64,000 bases of DNA from Octopus sinensis (lineage: Eukaryota): the NCBI RefSeq assembly GCF_006345805.1, contig NC_043010.1, forward strand, positions 4,030,001-4,094,000, in the 5' to 3' direction. The notes beneath the pieces are model-generated. The model ran no database searches. It saw only the letters and a program-made list of their open reading frames with translations, and was not told where the DNA came from. This document shows, piece by piece, positions 36,284-49,822 of this stretch. The translations under genes were made by a program, and so were the position numbers. Positions within the stretch are counted from its first letter, which is position 1. Every line of letters begins with the position of its first letter.

Positions 36284-36900
36284 AGATCAAGAAACTTCCT
36301 GAGAAAAATGAAAAGTGGAACGGCTATATGGAGGTAACTGCAGATTTACCTGGGTGCCAGGTTTTCTTTCCCATCCCAGTTACGAAAAAACCAGATATTT
36401 TGATGTGGTGTGAAAGAAAGAAAGTTGTAAATATAGTCGAGCTAACGGTTCCTCATGAAGATAATATGGACGCCGCTCGGGCTCGAAAATTGAACCGTTA
36501 TGAAAACCTCCTCGAGGAATGTGAAGATGCAGGCTGGAAAGCAGAACATTTTCCTATCGAAGTCAGATGTAGATGGTTCATTGGACACAGTGTGAGACGA
36601 CTGTTGTTATCACTAGGCCTAACTCATCATAAAGTCAATACCACCATGACTGATATCCAATCTACAGTGGAGAAGGCTAGCCACTGGATTTGGTTAAAAA
36701 GAGACGATGAGCGATGGCTAGAAGTATACTGAGTTCTTCATAACCAGCTGATCTAGCAAGCGGGGCCTCATATCAGTGAGGGGGGCCGGTGAGCATTGAT
36801 GCCGTCGAGAGGTAGGCCCTGAAACGGCACGCATTCTCTCCTGATAACCCCATACACTTGCTAGCTTCTGGTATACGGAGCTTTTAACTGGTAGCACTTG
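36284..36900 (+). mobile_element. 5'-truncated RLE-type (HERO-like) non-LTR retrotransposon 3' end; open frame 36328-36732
   Basis: KPDILMW...VVNIVELTVPHED...RKLNRY..L.EEC..AGW...FPIEV.C...KASHWIWLKR is a PD-(D/E)xK restriction-like endonuclease pattern; GC-rich 3'UTR. Boundaries approximate. Confidence 0.85.
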
Positions 36901-37257
36901 CATGTGCAAATTGTTTGCAAGACATCACATATAAACCAAAATGAAATACCTTACAACAACACTATATAATGAGAAAACATATTATATTTGACTAATATAA
37001 ACAATGAGAAGCAACAAAAGTGAGAAAATTAATCACAAGTTGAGGTAACAGGCCTTATCCTTGATATGAAACGCTATCTTCAAACAGTATAAAATTACAT
37101 TTCTTTGACACTCCTTGCTCCTAGGATTGGCCAATTTGATTATGTTTTTTAGCTAAAACTGAACTCTTAGGAAAGACAGAAATAAAAATCAAGTGATTCT
37201 ATGATACTATTAAGCGTTCAGTTGATTAAGACATCAGAAATATATGTGACATGTTAA

Positions 37258-37473
37258 CCCTTTCGTTACCAACCCAGCCAAAACTGGCTCTGGCTCAGTA
37301 GTACAAATGTCTTGTTTTCATAAGTTTTGCATTAAAATATACCACCAAAACTTAGTCACAATTTATGTTCCTAACACCAGCTTAATGATAGCTAAGTTAT
37401 TTTACTAAATTCTTTGTTATATTTAAAATAATTGAAAGAAACACATCTCAAAATAAATACAGTAACGAAAGGG
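37258..37473. mobile_element. piggyBac-type MITE, 216 bp
   Basis: TTAA TSDs (37254-57, 37474-77); perfect 12-bp TIR CCCTTTCGTTAC. Confidence 0.92.
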
Positions 37474-38182
37474 TTAAGGGAGTGATCCAAATGGAATTCT
37501 AAACTTCTGTCAGACAAAATAAAATGATGTCCATAGACACCATGCACACCTCCTGGTAAATCTATTCCACTATGGCTTATTTATACATAGCTCACCATAT
37601 TTTTGAGTAAATTATTTTAGTGCTCCTGTTACTTTCAAGCATCAAAATCTTTCTTTTAGCTTTGCTAATTTGATCTAGAGAAAATAACAATAATAGTTTT
37701 GGAACCAGCTTGGCTGGAAGATAAATAAATTCAAGTGAGTTGCTCAAATATACATCACAATATCTGTAGTTCAAGGAAAATTCTTGGCCTTTGAATCAAT
37801 AGTCAATCACTATCCATGTAATGCTTACTCTTTGCTGTATATAAAAATGTCCATCTTCCCACCTAAGTTGTGCAATAAAATATTTCTGCATTCTTTCATA
37901 AACTAAAACCTTGCATCAATTTGGTTCTGTCTTCTTACCAATATACTTACAATGTATCTTTGACATGTTGAATCTTCAGAAATCTTTGCTTGTCATAAAT
38001 ATAGACCTCCATCTTTTGATGCACGAAATATTACTCACACAGAAAAGCAAGCATAATGGATAGCTGTGTGTGTGTGCACCTGTGTGTGCCTGTGTGTGTG
38101 CACATGTATGTGTGTATTTATAGATAAACCTATGCATACACATATACATGATATATACATGCATACATATAAATATATATAT

Positions 38183-38356
38183 CATCATCATCATCATCAT
38201 CATCATCATTTAACGTCCGCTTTCCATGCTAGCATGGGTTGGATGATTTGACTGAGGTCTGGCGAACCAGACTCCAATCTGATCTGGCAGAGTTTCTACA
38301 GCTGGATGCCCTTCCTAATGCCAACCACTCCGAGAGTGTAGTGGGTGCTTTTACGT
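38183..38356 (-). mobile_element. RTE 3'-end fragment with (ATC)n tail
   Basis: Matches 33602-33770 and 17270-17462. Confidence 0.85.
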
Positions 38357-38990
38357 GCATATATATATATATATATATATGTACGTAAAGATATATGTTT
38401 AACATATGTAAACATAGAAGTACCAACATAATATTAAGATGATGATAACAATGTTTGTGTGTGTTTATGTGTATGTATATGCGATCATCATTATCATCAT
38501 CATCAGCCCATGTCTGCTTTCATGCAGGAAAGGGTTAAGCAGTTAAGCAGAACCAAATGGAGCAAAGGACCATGTCTTCCTCTAAAATCTATAGTATAAT
38601 TTCTATAGCAGGATAGCCTCCCTAAAGCAATTAGGTTACAGAGGGTACTGGTTACTTTTTTCTTGGAAACCGCATGAGTGAGGTTGCTGTATAAATTGCA
38701 AGTATAAAATGCTTATTCAACTAACTGGGCACTGAGTAGAGAGGGAACTGGCTTAATGCTAAGTGTTAAGATATTAAAGTATGATACAGATTTGTTGCTG
38801 TAGAGGAAATACATAGCTATTCCGTATTATAAAAGGTTGGCTGAGAGTAATTGGTGTGGAGCTTGAAACAGAGATAAAGGTGGTGTTGATGAGATGTCGA
38901 AGCATACCTTCAACATAGAAGAAAGTGGAAAGAAGAAATTGTGGGACAAAGACTTAAGTAGGGCAGGTAAGTAAAGATAGCAAGTCAGTG

Positions 38991-39029
<39 letters not shown>

Positions 39030-39275
39030 AGAGATAGGGGTAAAGGTAAAGGAAGTAAGCAACAATCAAGAGTGGAGGAGTGGCAAACAAGGGTGAGAGA
39101 GAGGCAAACAGGGGCTGCTCTTCTGTTCATGTTGAACCATACAACCCAAACTTGCAAGGAGAAAGAGACATTAAATGACTGTGGTGATGACAATGATGTA
39201 GTAGCAGCAGTAGTAGTAGTAGCAGCATCAGTGGCAGCAGCAGCAATTGTAGTAGTAGTAGTAGTAGTAGTAGTT

Positions 39276-39657
39276 GATAAAGTGAGCAGAACTGCTGATT
39301 TGTCTCTAACCAGACAGCAGCAGGTAACACTCAGCAGACTTAGAAGGGGTCATCACCCGGACCTCAAGTACTGGCTCTACAAGATTGACCAAGCCATAGA
39401 CAGAACCTGCAGAAAGTGCGGAGTGGGAGAGGAGACGGTGGAGCATGTCATCTACGGCTGTCCACAGATCCATCGCCTGCCGCAAATACCAACCCCCACC
39501 CCCCCAGACGCTCTGGCCAGTGACCCTCTCCTTGTCCTTCGGATGTGGGAAAAGGGGACTTCCGCTCCCGACCTGCCAGACGTCTCCCAACCCACAGAAC
39601 AGACGCAGTGAAATCACCCTTACCCGTCTTGTTGCTTAGCAACAGCAACAACAGTAG
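39276..39657 (+). mobile_element. 3' end of an I-group (I/Ingi/Nimb-like) LINE
   Basis: LTRQQQVTLSRLRRGHH and C-x2-C-x8-H-x4-C finger (39408-39461); stop at 39611; short CAA-rich tail; embedded between (TAG)n and (TAT)n tracts. Confidence 0.8.
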
Positions 39658-39658
39658 C

Positions 39659-39659
<1 letters not shown>

Positions 39660-39707
<48 letters not shown>

Positions 39708-39728
39708 TCATTAATATTATTATTATTA

Positions 39729-39770
<42 letters not shown>

Positions 39771-39809
39771 TCATTAATATTATTATTATTACTATTATTA
39801 TTATTATTG

Positions 39810-39886
<77 letters not shown>
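39660..39886. repeat. Long (ATT)n/(TAG)n microsatellite
   Basis: Direct reading; explains the poly-I/L/N ORFs. Confidence 0.98.
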
Positions 39887-40822
39887 TCTTGAAAAAAGGG
39901 TGGCTATGACAATATTCAATACAGTGTTGCTCAAAATGAGACCTATATTTACCTAGGTTTATTTTCAGTCGAGGGTGTGTTGTTGCTAAATTTGAATATT
40001 GTTTTAGCTTGCATACATTGCAAGAAGTTGTCTACAATATTAATTGAACTTTTATGCATTCGCATTCATGAACACAAATCCATGCACATTGGTAAAAGTG
40101 CTCATACTCATACAGACATACAACCCCCCACCTTCTCCATTCTTCTCATTGACATGTACATTCATGTACATATACAGTTTATTTTAATATAATTGAAATA
40201 TTTCTCCTTTGGAATAATCACACTTGTATAGAATATCATATTTTTGGAGATATTTAATACATATTTATTTCTGCTACAATTTTTTTTTTTGTTAACTTTG
40301 TTGTTATTGCATTGTCTGTCTGTTTATGTAAAGTTTTGCAATTAGTCACAAATTTTAATTGGAGTTCATAATATATATATATACATATAATATACTCACT
40401 ATTTCTTGTTCTCTTTCTCACTCATTAGTGAAGCATTTAACATCATTTGCAAGCTTGTATTTTTGCATTGTATAATATTCAAATATGTGGCAATAGACAC
40501 ATTGGACAGTTTCAAAAGAACACAACTAATATCAGATTTATTCTAAATTGCTGCAGTAACATTATAAATAACTATTACTTACAGCTGATAATAAAAAAAA
40601 AATACTAAGAATTGGTAGGTGTGAACACCTTTATAATACTATTGCATTCAAAATATTTTTAAAACTGTTCGTAAAAGCCAGACACCTGAAATAAAAAATA
40701 TGAAGTAATGAATGGTAAACATAGAAGGCATATTCACTTGAAATATGTGTAGTGTACATGTTTACATGTGTATAAGTGAGCATATACATGTTTACATGTT
40801 TATAAGTGAGCATATACATATA

Positions 40823-41204
40823 GGAGCACTCCGTCGGTTACGACGATGAGGGTCCCAGCTGATACGATCAACGGAACAGCTTGCTCATGGAATTAACGTG
40901 CAAGTGGCTGAGAATTCCACAGACACGTGTACCCTTAATGTAGTTCTCGAGGAGATTCAGCGTGACACAGAGTGTGACAAGGCCGGCCCTTTGAAATACA
41001 GGTACTACAGAAACAGGAAGTAAGAGTGAGAGAAAGTTGTGGTGAAAGAGTACAGCAGGGATCACCACCATCCCCTGCAGGAGCCTTGTGAAGCTTTAGG
41101 TGTTTTCGCTCAATAAACACTTACAATGCCCGGTCTGGGAATCGAAACCGCGATCCTACAACCGCGAGTCCGCTGCCCTAACCACTGGGCCATTGTGCCT
41201 TCAC
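40823..41204 (-). mobile_element. tRNA-derived SINE family C
   Basis: Head GGCACAATGGCCCAGTGGTTAGGGCAGCGG..GGTTTCGATTCCC; 3' stem-loop CGTCGTAACCGACG; flanking GCATATACATA duplication (40810-20, 41207-17). Confidence 0.9.
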
Positions 41205-41723
41205 TTGCATATACATACATTCCACACACACATACAATATGCTTGGAAGGCTACCCAGAAGTAGTTGATAGCTTTTGATTACTAAATGACCTAATTAGCT
41301 GCAGAAGTCAGCTTCCTGACAACAATAGAATCAAAAAATTGTGAAACTTTATGGAACTATTATTTATAGGCGCAGGAGTGGCTGTGTGGTAAGTAGCTCG
41401 CTAACCAGATACAGGGGAGGAAAGGATCTTTTGTCTTGCTAAGGAAAAACCAATGCAGAGTAGGGAGGACTCATCATCTTGATAAAGAAAGAACAAGCTC
41501 TCTAGTGTCACTTGGTATTAGGAAGAGGATCCTGATGTAGAAACCATATCAGAAAAGGAGGTGTGTTTCTTGACATGTCTAGAAGGGCAGTAATTCTAAA
41601 TAAGAAATTAGTCACACTGGGATCACCCATCCAAGCCATGGATGGAAAGATGCTGTTGCTGCTGCTGATTATTGTTATTATCATCATCACCATCATTATT
41701 ATTATTATCATTATTATTAATAC

Positions 41724-41755
<32 letters not shown>

Positions 41756-41771
41756 TATTATTATTATTATT

Positions 41772-42284
41772 GAGTGAGAGAGCAGTGCATGCCATCAAAG
41801 TGACACTGGGGTAAAATATACCAAGCCCAGTATACCCATCATGACTACCCTTTCTGATAAGGGTACATGCATCAGAACAATATGTGCGCGACATGGTGAT
41901 CTCATATCAAGATAAACAGCACATGGTCTTGCAGGTGGGGCCCAGTTAGATTTTCTTCTGGTTGAGTAGCTCATCCTATTCAAAAGGTCCCCAAATAAGG
42001 TTTGTTTAAGGATGCTGAACGAAACACCCATGTTTCCAGAGGTGAGTTATTCATACCCCAAAGAATTTCTCTCAACACATAGCTATGATGCCTCCCCACT
42101 ACGACTGCTCATGATCAGAGATGCAGATATCATCAACCACCAAGGGACATGCTCAGCTGACAAGTAAATCTATGGTATTGAGCAGAATATTTGCCGTAGC
42201 CGATCTTTTATACCAAGACAAAACAAGTTCATGATAGCACTTCCAATCAGTTAATATCAGAAGCCATGATAGCCAGTGCCTGGT
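41772..42284 (-). mobile_element. ~540-bp (AAT)n-tailed retroposon, copy 1
   Basis: Homologous to 55292, 57267 and 58432; ATT/GTT repeats on both sides. Confidence 0.85.
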
Positions 42285-42341
42285 GGTATTATAATTATTG
42301 TTGTTGTTGTTACCATTATTATTATTATTATTATTGTTATT

Positions 42342-42392
<51 letters not shown>

Positions 42393-43169
42393 GTTAGTAG
42401 TAGTAGTAGTAGTAGTAGTATTTATTTTAGAGAAAGCATCCCATCATTTAGGAAAGTCAGCATTAAATAGCTTAAAATTGGTGCAAATTTATTTTCAATT
42501 AAGTTTATTCATATGTGTGCTTATACAGAATGATTTATTATGTGCTTTTAGCAACATTATACATTGTCATTAGACTTTTTTTTTTTCTTACTATAATATA
42601 GTTAGTTTAGTGCTATGAAAATCTACAACCATAAAATAATCATAATTTTAATTTGTGGTTATATTGCTGTTCAGGAAACAGCTTCTAAATAATTATTTAA
42701 TGATTGTTTGGAGGAAAAAAGAATTTTACAATAATGTTACGCAAAAATAGGCCTCGAAACACAGTTATACAATTAGTGAGAAACAATAGGAGTAAGTTTT
42801 CGAAGATAGAATAAGAGTCAGGCAGTGTGAAGTTCAGACTTGCTGTATTCATTAATTATGAATTCCAATCAGATCCGCTTCAGCTGAACTTTGCAAAGTA
42901 ATTGTTTGAATGAAGTATTTTGTAAGCATCATTTATTGTGGCCGTCCGCTTTCTTTTAAGGACATATTGTCTTTGATCTCGAAACTGTTATACATCTGAT
43001 CTGTCTTTTGAAAAATCATAAAGAATTTATTATCGAAGGTTTAGTAACAAAGACTCTTGAACCTTACTGTGCTCCACTTTCCATGTCACTGCCAGGGTTC
43101 CTCTAAGCCAATACTAGTTTATATAACCGTCTTATAAAATATCAATGAATTCATTTGTATCAAATTCTT

Positions 43170-43588
43170 GAGTGGCTGTGTGGTAAGTAGCTTGTTTACC
43201 AACCACATGGTTCCGGGTTCAGTTCCACTGCATGGCACCTTGGGCAAGTGTCTTCTACTATAGCCTTGGGCCGACCAAAGCCTTGTGAGTGGATTTGGTA
43301 GATGGAAACTGAAAGAAGCCCGTCGTATATATGTATATATATATATATATATATATAATATATGTGCATGTGTATGTGTGTGTGTGTGTGTTTGTCCCCC
43401 TAGCATTGCTTGACAACCGATGTTGGTGTGTTTATGTCCCCGTCACTTAGCAGTTCGGCAAAAGAGACCGATAGAATAAGTACTGGGCTTACAAAGAATA
43501 AGTCCTGGGGTCGAGTTGCTCGATTAAAGGCAGTGCTCCAGCATGGCCGCAGTCAAATGACTGAAACAAGTAAAAGAGTAAAGAGAGT
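43170..43588 (+). mobile_element. SINE family B, full length
   Basis: Head, central TA/TG tract (43327-43391) and GAGTAAA tail. Confidence 0.92.
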
Positions 43589-43897
43589 AACTAAAGATGC
43601 CCACGATGATGTTAAACCTCAAGTCAGACAAATCATGTATATTATGATCTAAGATATCACATCATTTGTATGTCTACAATCAGGAATTACTCACAGATTC
43701 ATCTTCAGGTAGCTGTGCTAAGGGTACTACCGAACCAAGATCCAGGAGAACCATGGGTGCATGAATAGTATAACTTAGTTATATTGTAATGAGGGTTAAT
43801 TATAATATCTTGGACCATAAGTACCTAAATACGGCATTAACTTCACTGTGCAACGTATCCTCCTTTATTGAAAGTTGTGGAATATAATTTTGGTGAA

Positions 43898-44465
43898 GGA
43901 ACATGGCTTAGTGGTCAGGGTATTGCACTCATGATTGCAAGACATGGTTTCGATTCCTGGACTAGGCAGTGCTTTGTATTCTTGAGCGAAACACTTCATT
44001 TCACATTCCTCCAGTTCACTCAGCTGTGGAGGCGCAATGGCCCAGTGGTTAGGGCAGCGGACTCGCCGTCATAGGTTCGCGGTTTCGATTCCCAGACCGG
44101 GCGTTATGAGTGTTTATTGAGCGAAAACACCTAAAGCTCCATGAGGCTCCAGCAGGGGATGGTGGTGATCCCTGCTGTACTCTTTCACCACAACTTTCTC
44201 TCACTCTTACTTCCTGTATTTCAAGGGGCTGGCCTTGTCACTCTCTGTGTCATGCTGAATATCTCCGAGAACTACGTTAAGGGTACACGTGTCTGTGGAG
44301 TGCTCAGCCACTTACACGTTAATTTCACGAGCAGGCTGTTCCGTTGATTCGGATCAACCGGAACCCTCGTCGTCGTAACCGACGGAGTGCTTCCACAGTT
44401 CACTCAGCTGTAATTGAGTAACTCTGCAACGGACTGACATTCCATTTATGGGGCATGTTGTAATC
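43898..44465 (+). mobile_element. Older CORE-type SINE (family D), interrupted by SINE C
   Basis: tRNA-like head and TTGAGCGAAACACTTCATTTCAC box; resumes after 44411. A related copy lies at 58092-58370. Confidence 0.65.
44028..44395 (+). mobile_element. SINE family C, young copy nested in SINE D
   Basis: 16-bp TSD CAGTTCACTCAGCTGT at 44012-27 and 44396-411. Confidence 0.95.
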
Positions 44466-45349
44466 TCAGTCAATTAATAAGCCATGAAAACTGGGTGACT
44501 GGTATTATAAGTCTTCAGACTCAAGTCAGTGAAGGGGTTGATGATAATGATGGCGATGTTGATGCAATTTGACTTCCATTTCAGGTTGAGCAACCATGTA
44601 GATTTTTCTTGTGTTGGTGCACCATTAGGCATGTTTAGCAACAATCTAATAAACCCATCAGAGGTGACACAACAGCCATTAAATTCATGCCTCTTAGCCA
44701 AGCCCATCACCTAAATAATTCTCTCAGTTGACAATTTCTTTCTATCTCTCTTGCTATAATCATTCAGCTGTAAAAAGACTTGCATTATCTGTATACACAT
44801 TTCTAAATTTGCAAAAACCTACCCATTCATAATAGCATTGGAATATATGAAAAGCAGCAAAAATAAGATAATCTATGGTAAATTATTCATTCATTCATAT
44901 ATTACTAAATAGCAGACATTGATAATTTTGGCACTCAGCTTTAGTTTCATATAGATTGAGATTTATCAAAATCAAACTCTTCTCTTTCAGCAGTTTCTTT
45001 TTTTCTTTCTTTCTTTCCTCTTTTTTTTTTTTGTTTTCAACATCGCATTATAACTATGTGAAAATACTACTTTGCCATTCATTCAAGTTTATTCTATGAA
45101 TTTCCTTATTCCGATATTTAACAATCATCAAGATCAAGTTTCATCAGAAATGTAGGTGGCAGTCTCCGCATTTTTCAAGGCAATCATTACATTAATTTCA
45201 ATGAAGTCTAGTAGAAATTGAATTAAATAGTTCATTTATAAGCTATTACACACAAACACGCACACACACACACACACACTCTCTCTCTCTCTCTCTCTCT
45301 CTCTTTTTCTCTCAAACACATGCACACAAACTCAAATACACGCACACAT

Positions 45350-45385
<36 letters not shown>

Positions 45386-45907
45386 GCACACACACACACA
45401 CACTCTCTCTCTTTCTCTCAAACACATACACACAAACTCAAATACCCGCACACATACACATGATTTATGAGAAATACTAATAATAATGATAATCTATTTC
45501 TTTCAATTGATATGAATTAAATATTGATTTGGGCGAAAAACAAAAAAAAAAGAAATAACAAAAGCAAAATTTCGTTTATTTCTTGGTTCTTTTACTATAA
45601 GAAATGGATAAACATTTGATACACATCTAAAACGTTTTAACATCTATAATTTGAAGTTGCACTGAAACAAACAGTAGAGAGCTAGAATAGACGTTTTCAA
45701 ATACATATATCTATATCACTTTCGGTCTTTTTGCCAATTTAAGTTGTAGCTTTTATGATTCTACTAACTCTGTGAGGTTGGTTAAATCTGTACCAGTACC
45801 ATTTGTTCATTCCTTTTAAGGTTCATTTTCCCCATATTTGCATAGACTGGACAGGAACTAGTTTGACTTAGGATTTTACATTTGGATATTCTTCCTCTTG
45901 CCAACCC

Positions 45908-46327
45908 TTACTCTTTACTTTTTTACTATGTTACTCGTTTCAGTCATTTGACTGCGGCCATGCTGGAGCACCGCCTTTTTTTAGTCGAGCAAATTGACCC
46001 CGGGACTTATTCTTTCGTAAGCCCAGTACTTATTCTATCGGTCTCTTTTGCCGAACCGCTAGTGACGGGAACGTAAACACACCAGCATCGGTTGTCAAGC
46101 AATGCTAGGGGGACAAACACAGACACACAAACACACATACATATATATATACATACATATATACGACAGGCTTCTTTCAGTTTCCATCTACCAAATCCAC
46201 TCACAAGGCATTGGTCAGCCCGGGGCTATAGCAGAAGACACTTGCCCAAGATGCCATGCAGTGGGACTGAACCCGGAACCATGTGGTTGGTTAGCAAGCT
46301 ACTTACCACACAGCCACACCTGCGCCT
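45908..46327 (-). mobile_element. SINE family B, full length
   Basis: Reverse complement of 43170-43588. Confidence 0.92.
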
Positions 46328-47639
46328 TATTTGTTTTTTTTTCAAGACCCACCCACCCCAACAGAATTGAGATCCTAAAACCAAAGTGCCATATATAAAG
46401 TATTGGCGTCGGTGCGGGCGCTACATAAAAATCACTGGTGCTGGTACCATGTACAAAGCACTGATGGGATGGTGCCACATAAAAAGCACTTGTGCCCTCT
46501 GTGGAGTGGTTGGCATGAGGAAGGGCATCCAACCAAAGAAGCTAAGCCAAAACAGACTACGGTGTATATATTTTAGCCGCCAGTGAAGAAGCCTCTATAT
46601 AGTCACGTAATCTATTAGAAATAGGTGCCAAATCTTCCTCATATTACATTATACCATATAAAAGAAAGAAAGATACGTCAGACCATGTAATTGCTGATTT
46701 TTAAAAGACTGAATTGTTGCAGTGGGAATGCCTTTGATCATAGCTCTACTCAATCAGAACTTAGATGGGTGTCTAAACAACATCAGTATGCCTATGATCG
46801 AGCATGCCAATCTAAATAAGGCAGGAAACATTAATCTGGAAATTTCTAATGGTTCTGCTATAATGCACTGACACCTAGATTTATTTTGATGATGAACTTG
46901 AATATGATTTTTCTAAAAATCATTAAGACCCCTATACATGTTTTTTATTGACATCACTGACTGAAATTTTAATAAGACATTAAATGAAGCAAAATTTGTT
47001 TCAGGGAGAATTTATCCACAACAAAAAAATGTAATAAGTAATTATTTTGAAAGTGAATGCTAATTTTTTATGAAATAATTTTTTATGAAATAATTTTTTA
47101 TCAGACTTTATTTAAAGATGCCTTGCCTTAAGGAACAAGAATACTTTCCAACGAATGTAATATAGAAATCTTTCTGAGAGTTCAGAAGCATCTCTATACT
47201 ATGTTACTTAATGTGTTAGTAAAGGAAGTTGTGTGTGTATGTGTGTATGTTTGTATGTATGTATGTATGTATGTATGTATGTATGTGTGTATGTATCTAT
47301 CTATCTATCATCATCATCATCATTGTTATTATCATTGTAATATCGTCTTTTCCATGCTCATATGAGTGAAACAGAATTTCTTTAAGTTTTCAAAAACCAA
47401 ATCTACTCTCAAGGCTCTAGTTGGCCTACAGCCTTTGTAAAAGACACAAGCCCAAGGTGTCATGCAATGGGACTGAATCTGGAACCATGTGGTTGGAAGC
47501 GAACTTATTAAACAGCCATGCTTTATCCATATCTGTATCTAAAGTTCATCAGAGCTTGGTTTTCAGTGCCACCCCCACCCATGTATCATAGTCATTCAGA
47601 CTACTGGGGTGAAGTTTTAGATTGAGTGCCTGTGGGAAC

Positions 47640-49810
47640 TGCTTATATAGCTGAATCGGTAGCAGAAATAGAAAAGACATTCCAAGTGTGGCATCAAAAG
47701 ACTTTGAAGTTATCTTAGCAAAGTCCAAATATCTAGTAAGAAGGGAAAAAGAACAGGACTCACCCTGCTTACGGGAAATAGCTTTACTTACTATGTTGGA
47801 GAGGTATAGGTAGAAGTTCCATATGGTGTACTCAAGTCTCCTAGTATAAGATGGTTTGCATGCAGAGATCTTTAAATGTGGAAGTCAAAATTTAATACAC
47901 TGACTTACCTCCTTAATACAGAAGATTTGGGCGGATGAGATGGTTTTCGCAAGACTGGAAAGATGCTCCTATGTTTTTACTGTGTAATGGAAAAGATGAC
48001 TGTGGAGGTATCAAAAGATATTGTTGCTTTCTGTTGCTTGTAAGCTCTTGTGTAGGGTTAAGCTTGACAGACTGCTTTCGTACATTGTTGATGACATGTC
48101 AGTGTGATTTCAGAAGAGGATAAAGTACGATTGGTATGACTTTCTCAGCTAGACATCTTTAAGAAAAGTGTATCTAAAAAAGTATGGATCTATTCCGAGT
48201 GTTTGTTGATCTGACAAAGGTGTTTTGACACAGAAAACAGAGAAGCTCTTTAGAAGTTACTGAGGAAAGTTGGTGTCCAAATAGATTTATGACAATTCTT
48301 TGTCAATTCCATAATAACAATGGGAGCTTGGGTGAATTTTGGTGGGAATGTAACTGATCCTGTTGTTGAGAATAAAGGTGTCAAATAAGGTAATATTCCA
48401 ATGTCAACACTGTTTTCACTATGATGTTTATAATGGCTTTTAATGAGTAACAATATTGAATGTAGGTAAAGTTTTGCACATCCATGATACTTTTCAACAT
48501 AAGACACTTCAGTCATCATCATCATCATCATAATTCTTAAGTGTCCACTTTTCTTGCTGGCATGGGTTGGAAGGTTTGACAGAAGCTGGCCAGGCAGAAG
48601 ACTACACCAGACTTTGGTTTTATGGCTGGATGTCCTTCCTAACACCAGCCACCCTGCAGAGCGGACTGAGTACTTTTTACATAGGACAGTCACAAGTGAG
48701 GTCAGTTTTGGAATGGTTTTTACAGCTGGATACCCTTCCAGATGTCAACCACTTTACAGTGTAGATGCTTTTTACATGGCACCAGCACCGGCAAGGATAC
48801 CAAGCAGCTTGCAAGACGAAGATCCTTTGAGAGGTTTCAAAAGTTGTGTTCTCATTGATGACTGAAATTTCTTTTCTCACACTCAAAAAAACATGCAACA
48901 TATCATAGTACCTGTCTCCAATGCATGTTTTGTACTAGGCCTGATGATAAGTCTTAAAAAGACTGTTGTCTGATATCAGCCCATCCCAGGAGAGCCATAC
49001 TTGAAACTAGATATCCAAGTGTATAACTAGAAGCTTCAAGACATAGCTAGGTTTGTGTATTTTGGCAGCACCCTTAGTATACCATGCACCCCTGACAATG
49101 AAATCTTGTTAAGAATCAGCAAAACCTATGTTGCTTTCAGAAAGTTGGAAAAGCATCTGTGGTCTCAGCATGGTATCTTTACTGATACCAAAGTCAAGAT
49201 TTATGTAACATATGTGTTTTATGCCTGGGAAAAGTGGATGACCTACTGAAAGCACCTAAAACAACTGGGGGTATTTTCATTAGTAGTGTCTATCTTGGGC
49301 CTGAATTAGAAAATGTACATGAATGATGTTGAAGTCCTTAAAAGAAATTACTGTCGAAGTATTGAGTTGATCACTGTGCAGTATTGACTCTTATGGCTGG
49401 GTCATTTAGAATGGATGACTTGAGGACTCTGGAGCAACTCTTGTAAGCTGAAGTTTAAAGGTTGTATAAGAGCATTCTTGAAGAAAGCTAACATCTCGGA
49501 AAGGACTAGGAAGAAACCACAACTGATTGGACAAGATGGAGGAAACCAATATATGATAAAATTAAGGATTTTGAAATAACTCGAAGAAATCATAACAAGT
49601 TAAAAAGGAATGCTAGAAAGGGTGTGGATGTGATATTTCTGGGAAATGTGGGTGACCAGGGTGAGCTGACATGCGATGTATGTAGGAAAGTCTGCTTCAG
49701 CAGGGTGGGCCTGAAAAGTTGCACTTGTTCTGCTCATGCGTGAGACCAGTCAATTCTGAAATGCTTCAAGCAATGGCTTTACTTGAGAACAAGAAAGTAG
49801 CCATCATGTA
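47640..49810 (+). mobile_element. Old RTE-clade LINE fossil (RT through C-terminal zinc finger), interrupted at ~48250-48870
   Basis: WKDA.., QCDFRRG.ST, VFVDLTKVFDT, GLMISLKKTVV, FVYFGSTLS..DNEILLRISK..AFRKLEKHLWSQHGI..DTKVKIY, CDVCRKVC.SRVGLKS. Confidence 0.75.
48513..48820 (-). mobile_element. RTE 3'-end fragment nested in the older RTE fossil
   Basis: (ATC)n tail and GCATGGGTTGGA/GCTGGATG motifs shared with the other copies. Confidence 0.7.
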
Positions 49811-49822
49811 TAGATTAATGTA

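Noticed and set aside
38988-39611. 207-aa ORF as a host gene
   Set aside because: The first half is GA/TAG microsatellite read-through and the second half is a LINE C-terminus.
44028-44100. tRNA-like sequence (also at the heads of other SINEs)
   Set aside because: A and B boxes are present, but the sequence runs into a SINE body flanked by a 16-bp TSD; a SINE head, not a tRNA gene.
48948-48975. CTGATGA followed by a short stem
   Set aside because: No GAAA after the stem; the sequence is RTE coding remnant (GLMISLKKT).
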